Source of the DNA: a virus
Lineage: Duplodnaviria; Caudoviricetes
Strand: one strand, 5' to 3'
IMG/VR virus record: IMGVR_UViG_2802428822_000002
Location: 37,398 to 101,397 of that record
Length of the DNA: 64,000 nt
A model generated the notes under the pieces. It was not told the DNA's origin. It made no database searches and saw nothing but the letters and a program-made list of their open reading frames with translations. Within the stretch, counting starts at the first letter, position 1. Every line of letters starts with the position of its first letter. A program made the position numbers and the translations under genes. This document shows, in pieces, positions 16,930 through 26,658 of this stretch.

Positions 16930-18110
16930 AGGCCATGCCTCATATGGATGCGGTGCGCATCTCGAAAGGTGCCGACAAACCGGGAGTAGCCAGGTGCCAT
17001 GGTTCAGCCTGGAGAGGACAGCCAGCGCTGCTGAATACCGACCTTTGAATTTAGTAACCGGCACGGCGGAACCGTGCAGAGTCAGCGTCGTTCTCCAAGC
17101 GACGTGCCCTAACTGTCGGCGCCGAGCAGTGGCTCATTCGGGCAATGAATTCCGCGGAAGGCGGATCGAGGCAGGCCGGTTCAATTCCGGCTCGGTGGCT
17201 GAGATCGTGGTCGAAGGACACGGTTCAAATCCGTGACGGGCGTAAGCCTAAGACAGTGCTCCAGTTGGTGTGGAGAAGCCCGCGTGGCCCCGGCGATACG
17301 GGGCATGGAATTCGAGGCTAATGCCTCACAATTATGGGAGGCCGGAACACCAACCGGTATCGCTGTAGCTCAAGGGTAGAGCGCTGGGCCATTCCTGTGA
17401 TGCCGTGGTGGGCGGAGGAAACCAGAGGATGCCGGTTCGAATCCGGTCAGCTCCCACCAGTTCTGGAAGGCGCTTTTGCGCTGATCCGATCCCGCGATGT
17501 TGGATAGGCCATCTGACGGACGGACGATCGAGGGTAGGGCTCCGCTAGAAAGGCACCAAGTGCTGGCGGTCTATCTCCCTCTTCCAGATTCAATCGCTGG
17601 CGCCGCAATGGCGACGGCACACAGTTGCGAGGCGGACCCGGCGCGCGTTCGGGCGAGCACCAGGTTATCCGGGATTGCATGCACCCGGTCTGGCACGGCG
17701 GACTGAAGTACAGGGCGAGGTCGCGAACGGACCCTGGAAAAGGTTGAAACCCGTCTCGCATTCAGATCTCTCGCCGTCCGGCCGTATTGGCATCGCCAGT
17801 CGGGTGAAAGGTCGAGAGATGCGAGGCGGCGTGGAAGGAACACGCAGACTGTGACGAAGTACAAGTCACGGCGAACGGTGCGGCCAGGGAAGACCGCTTA
17901 AAGCGATGAAAGCCAAATAGCCGGTGTCGAGCCCGGCCCTCGCATTCAATGAACATCAAGATCGGGCGGCCTCCCGTTGCAAGAATACGGTCTGGCGAGG
18001 AGCGGCCTGATGGCCAGACCAGGTGGAACCCTGCGGCCTCCGCCATCCAACATGAACAGGAATGGAAGCAACCCAACACGGCGGGCGAGAAGACGACCGC
18101 CGGCGTAAAA
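16930..18110 (+). ncRNA. Tandem tRNA-like structured RNA modules (RNA array part 2)
   Basis: Closed modules at 17336-17459, 17462-17592, 17626-17764, 17820-17948 and 17993-18049 ending in ACCA/TTCA/TCCA; free T-arms at 17175-17191 and 17219-17235. Confidence 0.7.
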
Positions 18111-18132
18111 TAAGCAGAGAAGGGCGATCGTA

Positions 18133-18420
18133 ATGGCACAAGCTTTCAACAAGGCGACGATCGCCTTCTCCACCACACTGACACTCAACGAGGTCGAGAT
18201 CCAAGCATTGGAGGCACTTGTCTGCTACGGCGCCGACTCCTTCCTGGAAGTCTTTAAGAAGAATCTCGGCACCGTTTACATTCGAGATCATGAAGACGGT
18301 ATCCGCTCTTTGTTTAAGGCGATCGGCAGAGATGTCCTGCCAGCGCACCGCGCTATTGAAATCGCGCGGAGAGATTTGCTCGATGCAGCCAAACGGCGGT
18401 TGGAGGTATCCAAAAAATGA
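18133..18420 (+). CDS. Hypothetical protein
   Basis: First ORF of a translationally coupled run. Confidence 0.7.
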   Translation: MAQAFNKATIAFSTTLTLNEVEIQALEALVCYGADSFLEVFKKNLGTVYIRDHEDGIRSLFKAIGRDVLPAHRAIEIARRDLLDAAKRRLEVSKK

Positions 18421-18878
18421 CGATCGACGAGATGATTAGCGGGCTTGAAAGCCTGACTGAGAATAGCCGGGTGCTTCGAAAGTCCCTTGAAAAGGTTATG
18501 GTTGAAGAGCTCGTTGGGCCCCAGAATGTAGAGGCTTGGATGCAGCGCCATCCATTCGGAATGATCACGACATCGCTCGATTGCGCGCGCGATCTGTTCT
18601 ACAGCGCCTTCCCCGGTTGGCTATATCGCGTCATGGAATGCTCCGTCAGTGACGATGCTCTCGTTACCCCTGACTTCAACCACCCTGAACACGGCGCCGA
18701 TCTGCAGTATCAGTTCCCTCTGGCGCTGAATGATCCTGTCGAATGGTTTGGGACCGATGTCGATCTTCGCCCGTCGGGGAGGCCGGCACTTGCCTTATGT
18801 ATTTCAATGCTACTGGCGAAGAAGAGAATTAACGAGACGAATGAACCGCTGGAGTTGGTTAGTGGCCAACCAGAGTGA
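18417..18878 (+). CDS. Hypothetical protein
   Basis: ATGA overlap with the upstream gene. Confidence 0.7.
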   Translation: MTIDEMISGLESLTENSRVLRKSLEKVMVEELVGPQNVEAWMQRHPFGMITTSLDCARDLFYSAFPGWLYRVMECSVSDDALVTPDFNHPEHGADLQYQFPLALNDPVEWFGTDVDLRPSGRPALALCISMLLAKKRINETNEPLELVSGQPE

Positions 18879-19113
18879 AGTCCACAACGAGAACGTCGGC
18901 AAGATCGTCAAGTCGATCATTAGTCCGGTGATCATGGGAGGCGGATCGCTGACGGATGTCATGGTTCTCATGGAAAGCGTTATCGTCGGAGTCAGTCTCG
19001 CATGCATCAAGCTCGGTGGTGATGAATTGGTGTTGGACATCATGCTGAAAGGCGCCAAAGCGCGACTGGCTGAAATCCGCTTGAAGAATATCGAAACGAA
19101 GGGTGAAGCATGA
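18862..19113 (+). CDS. Hypothetical protein
   Basis: GTG start with SD GGAG. Confidence 0.6.
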   Translation: MANQSEVHNENVGKIVKSIISPVIMGGGSLTDVMVLMESVIVGVSLACIKLGGDELVLDIMLKGAKARLAEIRLKNIETKGEA

Positions 19114-19661
19114 CTTCAGTCGTTACAGCGCACATTATCGGAATTGATTTGTCTTCCGGACCAGATGTGCATTCGGAGTTGGTCTGGATCTCCCGGGAAA
19201 AATACGACCAGATGCTTCGTCGCGAGAAAGAGTTGCTTGAAGCGAACAATCGATATCTGGAGCGAGCTCGTATTGCGGAAGGTGAGGAGCGGAAGGTTCG
19301 TGATGCTCGCCAGGCTGCCATAATGGCATGGGCGCACCAGGCTTTCGGTGGGATCGACGGTTTCGATCCGTGTACTGTTGAGGAACGTGCTCGACGGTTC
19401 ATTGAAGAGTCGCTCGAGCTCGTCCAGTCCTTAGACGTCACCAAGGAAGAGTGCCAGAAGGTTCTCGACTATGTGTTCGATCGTCCTGCTGGCGAGCCAT
19501 TTCAGGAGGCTGGCGGCGTCGCTCTTACGTTCGCATGCCTAGCCGAGGTGCTGAATATCTCGATCTGTGAAGCCGAGATCGCTGAATTTGACCGCGTCCA
19601 GTCGAAGAGCCGCGAGCATTTCGAAGCGCGTCATCGCGCCAAGATGGAGGTGGGTCTTTGA
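19110..19661 (+). CDS. MazG-like all-alpha NTP pyrophosphohydrolase
   Basis: ERARRFIEESLELVQS...QEAGGV acidic helical motifs. Confidence 0.6.
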   Translation: MTSVVTAHIIGIDLSSGPDVHSELVWISREKYDQMLRREKELLEANNRYLERARIAEGEERKVRDARQAAIMAWAHQAFGGIDGFDPCTVEERARRFIEESLELVQSLDVTKEECQKVLDYVFDRPAGEPFQEAGGVALTFACLAEVLNISICEAEIAEFDRVQSKSREHFEARHRAKMEVGL

Positions 19662-19978
19662 GACTCGTGATTATTGAAAGTCCGTTTGCCGGAGATATTC
19701 AAGCGAACTTGGAATATGCACGAGCTGCTATGTGGGATTGCCTGGAGAGAGGGGAGGCGCCTTACGCGTCCCACTTACTCTACACGCAGGTCGGCGTTCT
19801 CGACGACAGCGATCCTGTCCAGCGCGCCCGCGGCATCGAAGCCGGGCTTCTATGGGGTAAGCATGCCGAGGCGACGGTGGTTTACACCGATCGGGGCATC
19901 TCCGGCGGCATGAGGCAGGGCATCCAGCGTGCGATTAATGAGGGACGTCCAGTTGAATACCGGACGCTTGGTGACTGA
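19658..19978 (+). CDS. Nucleoside deoxyribosyltransferase-like small Rossmann protein
   Basis: VIIESPFAGD...GEAPYASHLLY...GISGGM. Confidence 0.65.
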   Translation: MRLVIIESPFAGDIQANLEYARAAMWDCLERGEAPYASHLLYTQVGVLDDSDPVQRARGIEAGLLWGKHAEATVVYTDRGISGGMRQGIQRAINEGRPVEYRTLGD

Positions 19979-20421
19979 TGAGCTGGGATTCCTACTTCAT
20001 TCAGATGTCAAAGCTCGTTGCCAGCAAGAGCAAGGACCGATCGACAAAGGTCGGGTGTGTGATCGTCGGGCCCGATAACGAGGTCCGCTCGACTGGATTT
20101 AACGGCTTTCCGCGGGGGATTGACGACGAAGTTGAGGCGCGACACGAGCGCCCGGCCAAATACCAATGGTCGGAACACGCCGAACGCAATGCGATCTATA
20201 ACGCAGCCCGTGCCGGCATAGCGACTGCTGGCTGCCGGATCTTCCTTCAGTGGTTTCCATGTGTCGACTGTGCGCGTGCGATCATTCAGGCCGGAATTCA
20301 TGAAGTCGTGGCGTTGCCAGTTGATCTCGATAATCCGCGATGGGCCGAAAGTTTTCGGATCTCCCGGGAGATGCTCGACGAGGCGGGAGTGACGCTTCGC
20401 TATGTAGCGGAGGAATGCTGA
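19978..20421 (+). CDS. dCMP deaminase
   Basis: STKVGCVIV, GFNGFPRG, HAERNAI and PCVDC zinc motifs. Confidence 0.92.
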   Translation: MSWDSYFIQMSKLVASKSKDRSTKVGCVIVGPDNEVRSTGFNGFPRGIDDEVEARHERPAKYQWSEHAERNAIYNAARAGIATAGCRIFLQWFPCVDCARAIIQAGIHEVVALPVDLDNPRWAESFRISREMLDEAGVTLRYVAEEC

Positions 20422-20639
20422 TGTCTTGGCTCGAACTGATCGGTGCCAGCACGATCTACATGATTGCCGTGTTATTCGGCAGCTACGCTGCATTTGGTAT
20501 CGCTTTTCTCATTGGGGACAGGATCAATCCGCATGCTGGCCTTGAAACTGCGATCCTTCCAGTCATCCTTGCTATCGCAATATTGGTTCTTGGCGCTTTC
20601 GGCGGCATCTTTCTTCTAGGAGCGATGGCTGTATCATGA
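20421..20639 (+). CDS. Small membrane protein (2 TM)
   Basis: Two hydrophobic segments. Confidence 0.65.
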   Translation: MSWLELIGASTIYMIAVLFGSYAAFGIAFLIGDRINPHAGLETAILPVILAIAILVLGAFGGIFLLGAMAVS

Positions 20640-20920
20640 GCACCGTCACCATCAGCGAAGAAGAGTTCTACCGGCTGAAAGAGAAGGCTGGTGAGATCAC
20701 GAATCCCGATCCGGCGCAATGCCGCGAGAAGGGCCACACCTGGAAATTCTTGGGCTGCACGAATGCCGGTTGCAATCGCGACTGTGGGTGCTCGGTCGAT
20801 GTCCATCAATGCATCGTCTGCGGCGATTGTGACTACGGCGAAACCGATGCCGCCGATGACGTTCGGAAGGCCTGTGAGGTCGAGTATGGACCATGGCCGG
20901 AAGAGGAAACAGCAGGATGA
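20636..20920 (+). CDS. Cys-rich hypothetical protein
   Basis: ATGA overlap; many Cys residues. Confidence 0.65.
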   Translation: MSTVTISEEEFYRLKEKAGEITNPDPAQCREKGHTWKFLGCTNAGCNRDCGCSVDVHQCIVCGDCDYGETDAADDVRKACEVEYGPWPEEETAG

Positions 20921-21333
20921 ACGACTTCCAATTCGGCGACGTCATTGAAAACGGTTGGGCATCAGACGACAATCCGACGAAGCGTGGCGTCTTCCTTTAT
21001 TACAAGGTCCGGACCGGACGATTGAACCCAGGTAAGCACGCTGTGCTTCGATCTGATGGCGGATCGTTGGGTGAATTCCGGATCGGCAAGGATTCGAAAC
21101 TGACGAAAGTTGGGACGATCTTCGATAGTCCCGCAGAACCGATAGACTGTCGAAGCGATATTGGTATCACGATGGGAATGATCGACGGGATCATTGCATC
21201 CGCTCGTGTGCTCTCACAGCGCGATCTCTCCCATCAAGCAATCCAAGAGGCGCTCAAGGACATCAGATCTGATGAGGATGTCCTAGCGTTATTGGCTATT
21301 TCTCCGGCGGCTTCACGATCGCCGCTATCATGA
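20917..21333 (+). CDS. Hypothetical protein
   Basis: ATGA overlap. Confidence 0.65.
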   Translation: MNDFQFGDVIENGWASDDNPTKRGVFLYYKVRTGRLNPGKHAVLRSDGGSLGEFRIGKDSKLTKVGTIFDSPAEPIDCRSDIGITMGMIDGIIASARVLSQRDLSHQAIQEALKDIRSDEDVLALLAISPAASRSPLS

Positions 21334-21400
21334 TCCTCCTGACGATCCGCGGCCAGGTGAAGGCCATCCGTCGTCAACACAATGAAGGTCACTACTAAAC

Positions 21401-21892
21401 ATGGCAATTGAGAAATTCCTCCCGCTCTCCGTGATGGGCATTAGCCAGAATGACGGAAGCATTTCTTTCGGATGCCCGGACATGAGGATGGTTCTCGGCT
21501 ACATCACCAACGCATGTTCGCTCACAGATTTTATCTCCGCCGCCATGAAGCGTAGCGCCAGGAGCGGCGGTGATGTCGAATTCGGCAATCAGGAAGACGC
21601 GGTGACGCAGTATGACGTTGCCAACGAGATCGTCGGGATCCTGAACCGATCGCAATGGAAGGCCATTTCGACAGCGCCGAAGACTCGCGATGATTTCGTC
21701 GGCGGGGCTATCGAAGTCCTCGCGTGGTGCCCAGATTCGGAAGCCAGGAGCGGCGGTGACAAGCGCATCGTATGGTGGGAGCCCGGGATTAACGGCGGTT
21801 GCTGGTGGTCAGAGCGTGATCGGCAGGAGCATCCAGCTGCATGGCTCGATGTGACAGATGTGCCTGATACGATCAAAGGCGCATCAGCATGA
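21401..21892 (+). CDS. Hypothetical protein with a DUF551-like C-terminus
   Basis: WKAISTAPK...PAAW. Confidence 0.6.
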   Translation: MAIEKFLPLSVMGISQNDGSISFGCPDMRMVLGYITNACSLTDFISAAMKRSARSGGDVEFGNQEDAVTQYDVANEIVGILNRSQWKAISTAPKTRDDFVGGAIEVLAWCPDSEARSGGDKRIVWWEPGINGGCWWSERDRQEHPAAWLDVTDVPDTIKGASA

Positions 21893-22203
21893 TGAATGAG
21901 TTGATCGCCGAAGCAAAGGGCGCGCTCGGTCTCCGCTCTGTCTGGATCGATGACGAAGAGTACGAGAAGATCATCAATGCGGTCCTCGCGAAAGTCGCCA
22001 CTTATGATGACAATGACTCGAGGACATTGGCGATTGCATCGTCTGCCAGGCTCAATCGCCTGCTGAGGATCTGCCGGGAGATCAAATGGAATGATCTTGG
22101 CGAACCGGCGATGAAGGCGAATTCAACGAAAGCGGCGATGTACGAGCTCGCTTGCTTTGTTCTGCAGGACGCGTTGGCACAGAAATCTGCCAGCGCGAGT
22201 TAA
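21889..22203 (+). CDS. Hypothetical protein
   Basis: ATGA overlap. Confidence 0.65.
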   Translation: MMNELIAEAKGALGLRSVWIDDEEYEKIINAVLAKVATYDDNDSRTLAIASSARLNRLLRICREIKWNDLGEPAMKANSTKAAMYELACFVLQDALAQKSASAS

Positions 22204-22274
22204 CGAGGAAAATAAAACTTCCGTCTTCAAGATGCGGCCCAAGCAGTTTGTTTTACGTCACTTGGGAGTGAAAC

Positions 22275-23147
22275 TTGAATACAGCTTATCATCCGTTTTC
22301 GATAGTTCCGACATCATCCAACTACCTTGTAGGAAAGACATTCAAGGAGGTTGCTGACAGTTACGTGAACCATGGTGGAGATCGCAGATATCTAAGGAAA
22401 ATCATCCAGGAGATTGGTGATCAAAGCATGGCAACTCTACATCCATTCGATATTCAGCAGGTAGCAATTCGATTGTATCCGGAGCACTCTGCTGCGACCA
22501 GAAATCGGCAAGCGCTGACTCCGATAAGAGCGGTAATGAACCATGGATATGATCGTGGCTGGTGCCCGCTCGTGCGGTTGCGCCGGTTCAAGGAAGAAAA
22601 GCCGAAGAGGGCGGAGCCGCCAGGTGATGGTTGGATGTTCGCATTCATTCGGCAGTGCGAGGCTGACAACTTACCGCATCTGGCTGCCATTGCGGTTTTC
22701 ATGAGCCAAACCGGGGCGCGCGTTTCAGAAGCAGTTGCTCTTATGTGGGATCAAGTGGATTTGGTAGGCAGGACTGCCCTGCTTTTGAAAACCAAGACAT
22801 CGACCCATAGCTCAAGGCATCTGACTGACGAGATTATAAGCCGGTTTTACGCTCTTGGCCCGAGGAATGGAATGAGAGTGTTCAGGTTCACCAATCGCCA
22901 TTCGGTAAATGAGCGAATTCGTGCCGTCTGCCGCCGTGCGAAGATCAAGTACAAGCCGAGCCATGCAATTGGGCGGCGCAAATTCGCGACATCGCTCATG
23001 GCTATGGGTGTCGACGTAAAGACTGCCATGGATGCGGGTGGATGGGTAAGCGCAAGTGTCTTTCTAGGGACGTATGTATTCACGAAGAATGCCGGAAGGG
23101 TCGTATCCGAGAAGTTCAACATGCTTCGATACGACGAGGCAGTTTAG
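22275..23147 (+). CDS. Tyrosine recombinase/integrase (short, no obvious arm-binding domain)
   Basis: TGARVSEA, KTKT, HAIGRR, GGW and downstream Tyr catalytic pattern. Confidence 0.88.
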   Translation: MNTAYHPFSIVPTSSNYLVGKTFKEVADSYVNHGGDRRYLRKIIQEIGDQSMATLHPFDIQQVAIRLYPEHSAATRNRQALTPIRAVMNHGYDRGWCPLVRLRRFKEEKPKRAEPPGDGWMFAFIRQCEADNLPHLAAIAVFMSQTGARVSEAVALMWDQVDLVGRTALLLKTKTSTHSSRHLTDEIISRFYALGPRNGMRVFRFTNRHSVNERIRAVCRRAKIKYKPSHAIGRRKFATSLMAMGVDVKTAMDAGGWVSASVFLGTYVFTKNAGRVVSEKFNMLRYDEAV

Positions 23148-23157
23148 AAGGTAAGAC

Positions 23158-23646
23158 GTGAGCGACGAGAATAGCGATCATCGAAACAACCCAATCGAAG
23201 AGCGATCGGACGCGACGCCATACAGTTCGCCGGTGATCGATTTCGGCGAAATGCGCATCGCGTTCGGTCTTCCGAAATTTCACCACAAGGTCTGCAAGCA
23301 CCGTCGGCTTACCTACAACGTCGCTGAGCGTCGCGTGTGGTGCCAGGAATGCGAGAGCACGGTCGATGGCTTCGATGCGTTCATGTTAATTGCGAACCAT
23401 TTCCACGCGATGGAGCGCGCTGCGCAAGCCAAACTGGCAAGAGCCGCCGAGATCGAAAATGCCACGCTGGTCAAGCGTGCCGCCAAGAACCTAGACCGTT
23501 CGTGGAATGGCAAAAATCCGATGGCTGTCTGTTGCCCGCATTGCCGCGGCGGGCTTCTCCCGGAAGATTTTCAATCGGGCGGATCCGCCGTCTCACGAGA
23601 AATCGAAATAGCGCGAAGAAAGCGCCTGAAAGCAGAAAAGGAATAG
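23158..23646 (+). CDS. Zinc-binding hypothetical protein
   Basis: CKH..CQEC and CPHC motifs. Confidence 0.7.
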   Translation: MSDENSDHRNNPIEERSDATPYSSPVIDFGEMRIAFGLPKFHHKVCKHRRLTYNVAERRVWCQECESTVDGFDAFMLIANHFHAMERAAQAKLARAAEIENATLVKRAAKNLDRSWNGKNPMAVCCPHCRGGLLPEDFQSGGSAVSREIEIARRKRLKAEKE

Positions 23647-23648
23647 AG

Positions 23649-23864
23649 ATGACTCCGCACTACACCATGCAGTTCTTTGCCTATGAGCATCTTCCGCAGC
23701 ATCTGCAGGCGGTAAGCAAGCCATTCGGCGACCTAGCCCGGCAGATGGATGAACAACTGCCGAATAATCCGGAGAAATCGACGATGCTTCGGAAGCTTCT
23801 CGAAAGCAAGGATTGTGCCGTCCGTGCTCTGCTCTTCAAAGCCGATCGACCGGAGGGGTTGTGA
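23649..23864 (+). CDS. Small helical-hairpin protein, possibly an Acb2/Tad1-like nucleotide sponge
   Basis: FFAYEHLP...LPNNPEKSTMLRKLLESKDCAVRA. Confidence 0.55.
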   Translation: MTPHYTMQFFAYEHLPQHLQAVSKPFGDLARQMDEQLPNNPEKSTMLRKLLESKDCAVRALLFKADRPEGL

Positions 23865-24003
23865 TGCTTCCTGACCTTACCGCGTTTTTCTATTTCGCGA
23901 TCTTTGGAATGATTTGCGGGGCGCTCGTGATTTTGATCGGCGCCCCATGGGCTGGCTATCACCTGTTCATGGCGCTGTGCCAGTATGCGGAGTTCTGCGC
24001 TCG

Positions 24004-24249
24004 ATGACGGAGCTTCGCTGGGAGCCATTCGGCGGACCGAAATCGTGGGCAGCCAAATGCGGTGAAGGAACAGTGGCCTTGGTCACGGAACGCATCGACG
24101 GGAAGTTCGCCTGGCAGATTACCGCGGTCCAAATGGGCTGGGTAGGAAACGGCTTCGGCGAAGCGTCTCAATCCTCCACCGCAAAGAAGGCTGTTGAGCG
24201 CAATTGGCGCCGATGGTTGGAACATTACGGGATTATCTGTCATGTCTGA
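24004..24249 (+). CDS. Hypothetical protein
   Basis: Coupled ORF. Confidence 0.6.
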   Translation: MTELRWEPFGGPKSWAAKCGEGTVALVTERIDGKFAWQITAVQMGWVGNGFGEASQSSTAKKAVERNWRRWLEHYGIICHV

Positions 24250-24775
24250 TCTCTTCATGCGCCGATCGGCCATCATCTCGATCTGCAAGATGTACCGTTA
24301 CGAGCTGCGGCGCATATGGGACGATCGACTTCCTCTCCTCGTTGTCTGCATGCTCAATCCGAGTCTCGCTGACGATCAGGTAGAGGATCCAACTCTGCGT
24401 GAACTGATCCATTTCGCCAAAATGTGGGGTTACGGCGGCCTGTTGATCGTGAATTTCTATGCGTTCCGCTCGCCATCGCCGAAGGAGATGTTTGCTCAGG
24501 GGTGCAAAGCGTTCGGTCCGGAGAACGACGCGTATATCAAAGGCGCGATCGCCTACGCCAGAAACCATGGTGGCAAACTACTTGCGGCATGGGGCAATGA
24601 TGGTCATGTCGGTGGATACCACATGTATTTTACTACCTTGGCTGCCGAGCAAAAGGTCGATCTCGTCTGCCTTGGAAAAACGAATTCGGGGCAACCGAAG
24701 CATCCGATGGCGCGCGGAAAACACCGCATACCACGTTCTCAGATGCCGATCATCTGGAAGGAGGCGGCACTGTGA
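24242..24775 (+). CDS. DUF1643 family protein
   Basis: YRYELRRIW..MLNPSLAD..DPT..AAWG..G.PKHP. Confidence 0.88.
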   Translation: MSDLFMRRSAIISICKMYRYELRRIWDDRLPLLVVCMLNPSLADDQVEDPTLRELIHFAKMWGYGGLLIVNFYAFRSPSPKEMFAQGCKAFGPENDAYIKGAIAYARNHGGKLLAAWGNDGHVGGYHMYFTTLAAEQKVDLVCLGKTNSGQPKHPMARGKHRIPRSQMPIIWKEAAL

Positions 24776-25421
24776 AACGAGTTCTTCCTTCCGACCGAAA
24801 TGACTGGACGCCTGAAGAGAGGCAAGATTTCCTCAATTTTTATGCCGGCGTCTTGGAACGTGAGGCAGTGGCACGATCCGACCGCCAACCAGCCTTTGCT
24901 AAAAATCTCCAATCATGGGCAGACGAAGCACGCAAAGAAGCGGGGTCTATTGATCTTAGGTCGCCGCAGATGGAGCTTTTTTGATGAATTTCATCCGTCT
25001 TACACCTGAGGCGCATGCCAGAGCCGTGGAGACTAGGCGTTGGCAAGAAGAAAAGGTGGCGCAATTCGCGAGCATGACGAACGAGAGTCTTGCTGCCAAC
25101 GCCAAGTTCTACGCCCGACAGATGGAGCCGGTGCGGTTCGCGCCAGGCGAGCCGATTTATGACGCAACGATGTGGCATGTGATCCTGCCGGAACTGATCC
25201 GCAGATTAGATAACAAGGCGTGACCAATGAACACGAATGATATCGATAAAGCGCTCGAGGTTGTTCTCCGAAAGCTAAAAGAAATCAATTCACAGCAATA
25301 TTCCCACAGTGCTGCACCGCACGTTGATGCTGACGAAGCGCTGAAGGACTTCTTCGTCGACATCGGCCGACAGGATATCGCTGATGAATACGAGAAGGTG
25401 GAGCCGAAGTGGTACGAGTGA
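24772..25421 (+). CDS. Three small hypothetical genes (24772-24984, 24981-25223, 25227-25421)
   Basis: Translationally coupled ORFs. Confidence 0.55.
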
Positions 25422-25774
25422 ACGAGATATTCGTGTTCGGATCGAACGAGGCTGGCCGGCACGGAAAAGGTGCGGCTCTTTACGCGCGGCGTCACCACGG
25501 CGCTATCTACGGGCAAGGGGAGGGTCTGCAGGGGAATTCCTACGCCATCCCGACGAAGGACGCTAACCTTCGAACACTATCGCTCGACGCGATCGCCAAC
25601 CACATCGTGACATTCCTTGAATTCGCACTGGAGCATCCGGACATGACGTTCCTGATCACGCCGGTCGGTTGCGGACTCGCCGGATATCGTCGCGAACAGA
25701 TCAAGCCGCTATTCGAAGGGCACGGGACTTTACCGCGGAACTGCCGGTATGCTGAAACATGGAATGAGCAATGA
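25418..25774 (+). CDS. Macro-domain-like phage protein (A1S_2505-type)
   Basis: IFVFGSNEAGRHGKGAA...SYAIPT...VGCGLAG. Confidence 0.8.
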   Translation: MNEIFVFGSNEAGRHGKGAALYARRHHGAIYGQGEGLQGNSYAIPTKDANLRTLSLDAIANHIVTFLEFALEHPDMTFLITPVGCGLAGYRREQIKPLFEGHGTLPRNCRYAETWNEQ

Positions 25775-26658
25775 GAGAAGCCTACAAGATAGTGCGAGAC
25801 ACTATCGTCGCTATGACAGGCGATGAATTCCTTACCACAGCGAAGCGCTTCCCATCGCGAGCTGCTATGGCGAGGTCATTTGGCCTTGGTCGAACAGACA
25901 TCAGAATGATCAACCGAAAGATCTCCGGACTGGGACTGGAAGCTGATGAGATTTGGCCCGCCGCCCGGGATCGTCGCCGAGAGAGTATCGCGAGGTTCGA
26001 TTTAATGAATGAGACTCACGCCTATTTCTACGGTCTGGCGCTAGCTGATGGCAGTATACGAGGCAGGAATGGAGATGCGCGTCTAAGTGGCGCGGTTTCG
26101 ATAGAGATCAAGCAAGCGGATCGCGAGGTGTTGGATATTTTGCGTGAACGTCTGCCATGGCAGTTTCGAATTACAGACAGAACTCGACCGTCACCATTCA
26201 ATTTGGTGCATGGGACTTTCTCTGCCCTTGTTTGTCACGCCTTCGATCTCCGTGGCCAAATGATGGATGCCGGGTTTCCTGTTGGGAAGAAATCCAGGAT
26301 CTGTGCACCCCCCAAAAGCGACTACGACGCTAAGGCATTCTGGCGTGGGTTCCTTGATGGCGACGGATCTATCGGATTTACGGCGACCGGAATCCCCTTC
26401 GTTTCTTTGGTCACAGTGAGTGAATCGATATTCACCTCCTACTGTAATTTCATCGAATCTGTGCTGGGCTGGCGCCCGGCGCCTTCGCGAAACACTCGCG
26501 ATAACGCCTGGAATATCACGTTATACCGGGGAAAGGCGGTCCGCTTCGCAGAATTCCTCTACAGTGGTGCCGTGATTAGCATGCGCCGTAAAGCGGAAGC
26601 TGCGGCCGCGATCATGGCCGGCGACTGGGAAAAGAACGCGCCGTGGAGGCGTAAATGA
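25771..26658 (+). CDS. Free-standing LAGLIDADG homing endonuclease
   Basis: Two motifs: YFYGLALADG and FWRGFLDGDG. Confidence 0.85.
   Translation: MREAYKIVRDTIVAMTGDEFLTTAKRFPSRAAMARSFGLGRTDIRMINRKISGLGLEADEIWPAARDRRRESIARFDLMNETHAYFYGLALADGSIRGRNGDARLSGAVSIEIKQADREVLDILRERLPWQFRITDRTRPSPFNLVHGTFSALVCHAFDLRGQMMDAGFPVGKKSRICAPPKSDYDAKAFWRGFLDGDGSIGFTATGIPFVSLVTVSESIFTSYCNFIESVLGWRPAPSRNTRDNAWNITLYRGKAVRFAEFLYSGAVISMRRKAEAAAAIMAGDWEKNAPWRRK

Noticed and set aside
17336-17459. Functional canonical tRNA or group I intron-containing tRNA
   Set aside because: No 7-nt anticodon loop, and the insert is far too short for a self-splicing intron.
16994-18139. ORF-track proteins across the second non-coding block
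   Set aside because: They look like chance ORFs in GC-rich structured DNA and overlap clear tRNA-like elements.
25771-26658. Intron or intein around the LAGLIDADG gene
   Set aside because: The ORF is coupled by ATGA overlaps on both sides; no split host gene or splice motifs were seen.
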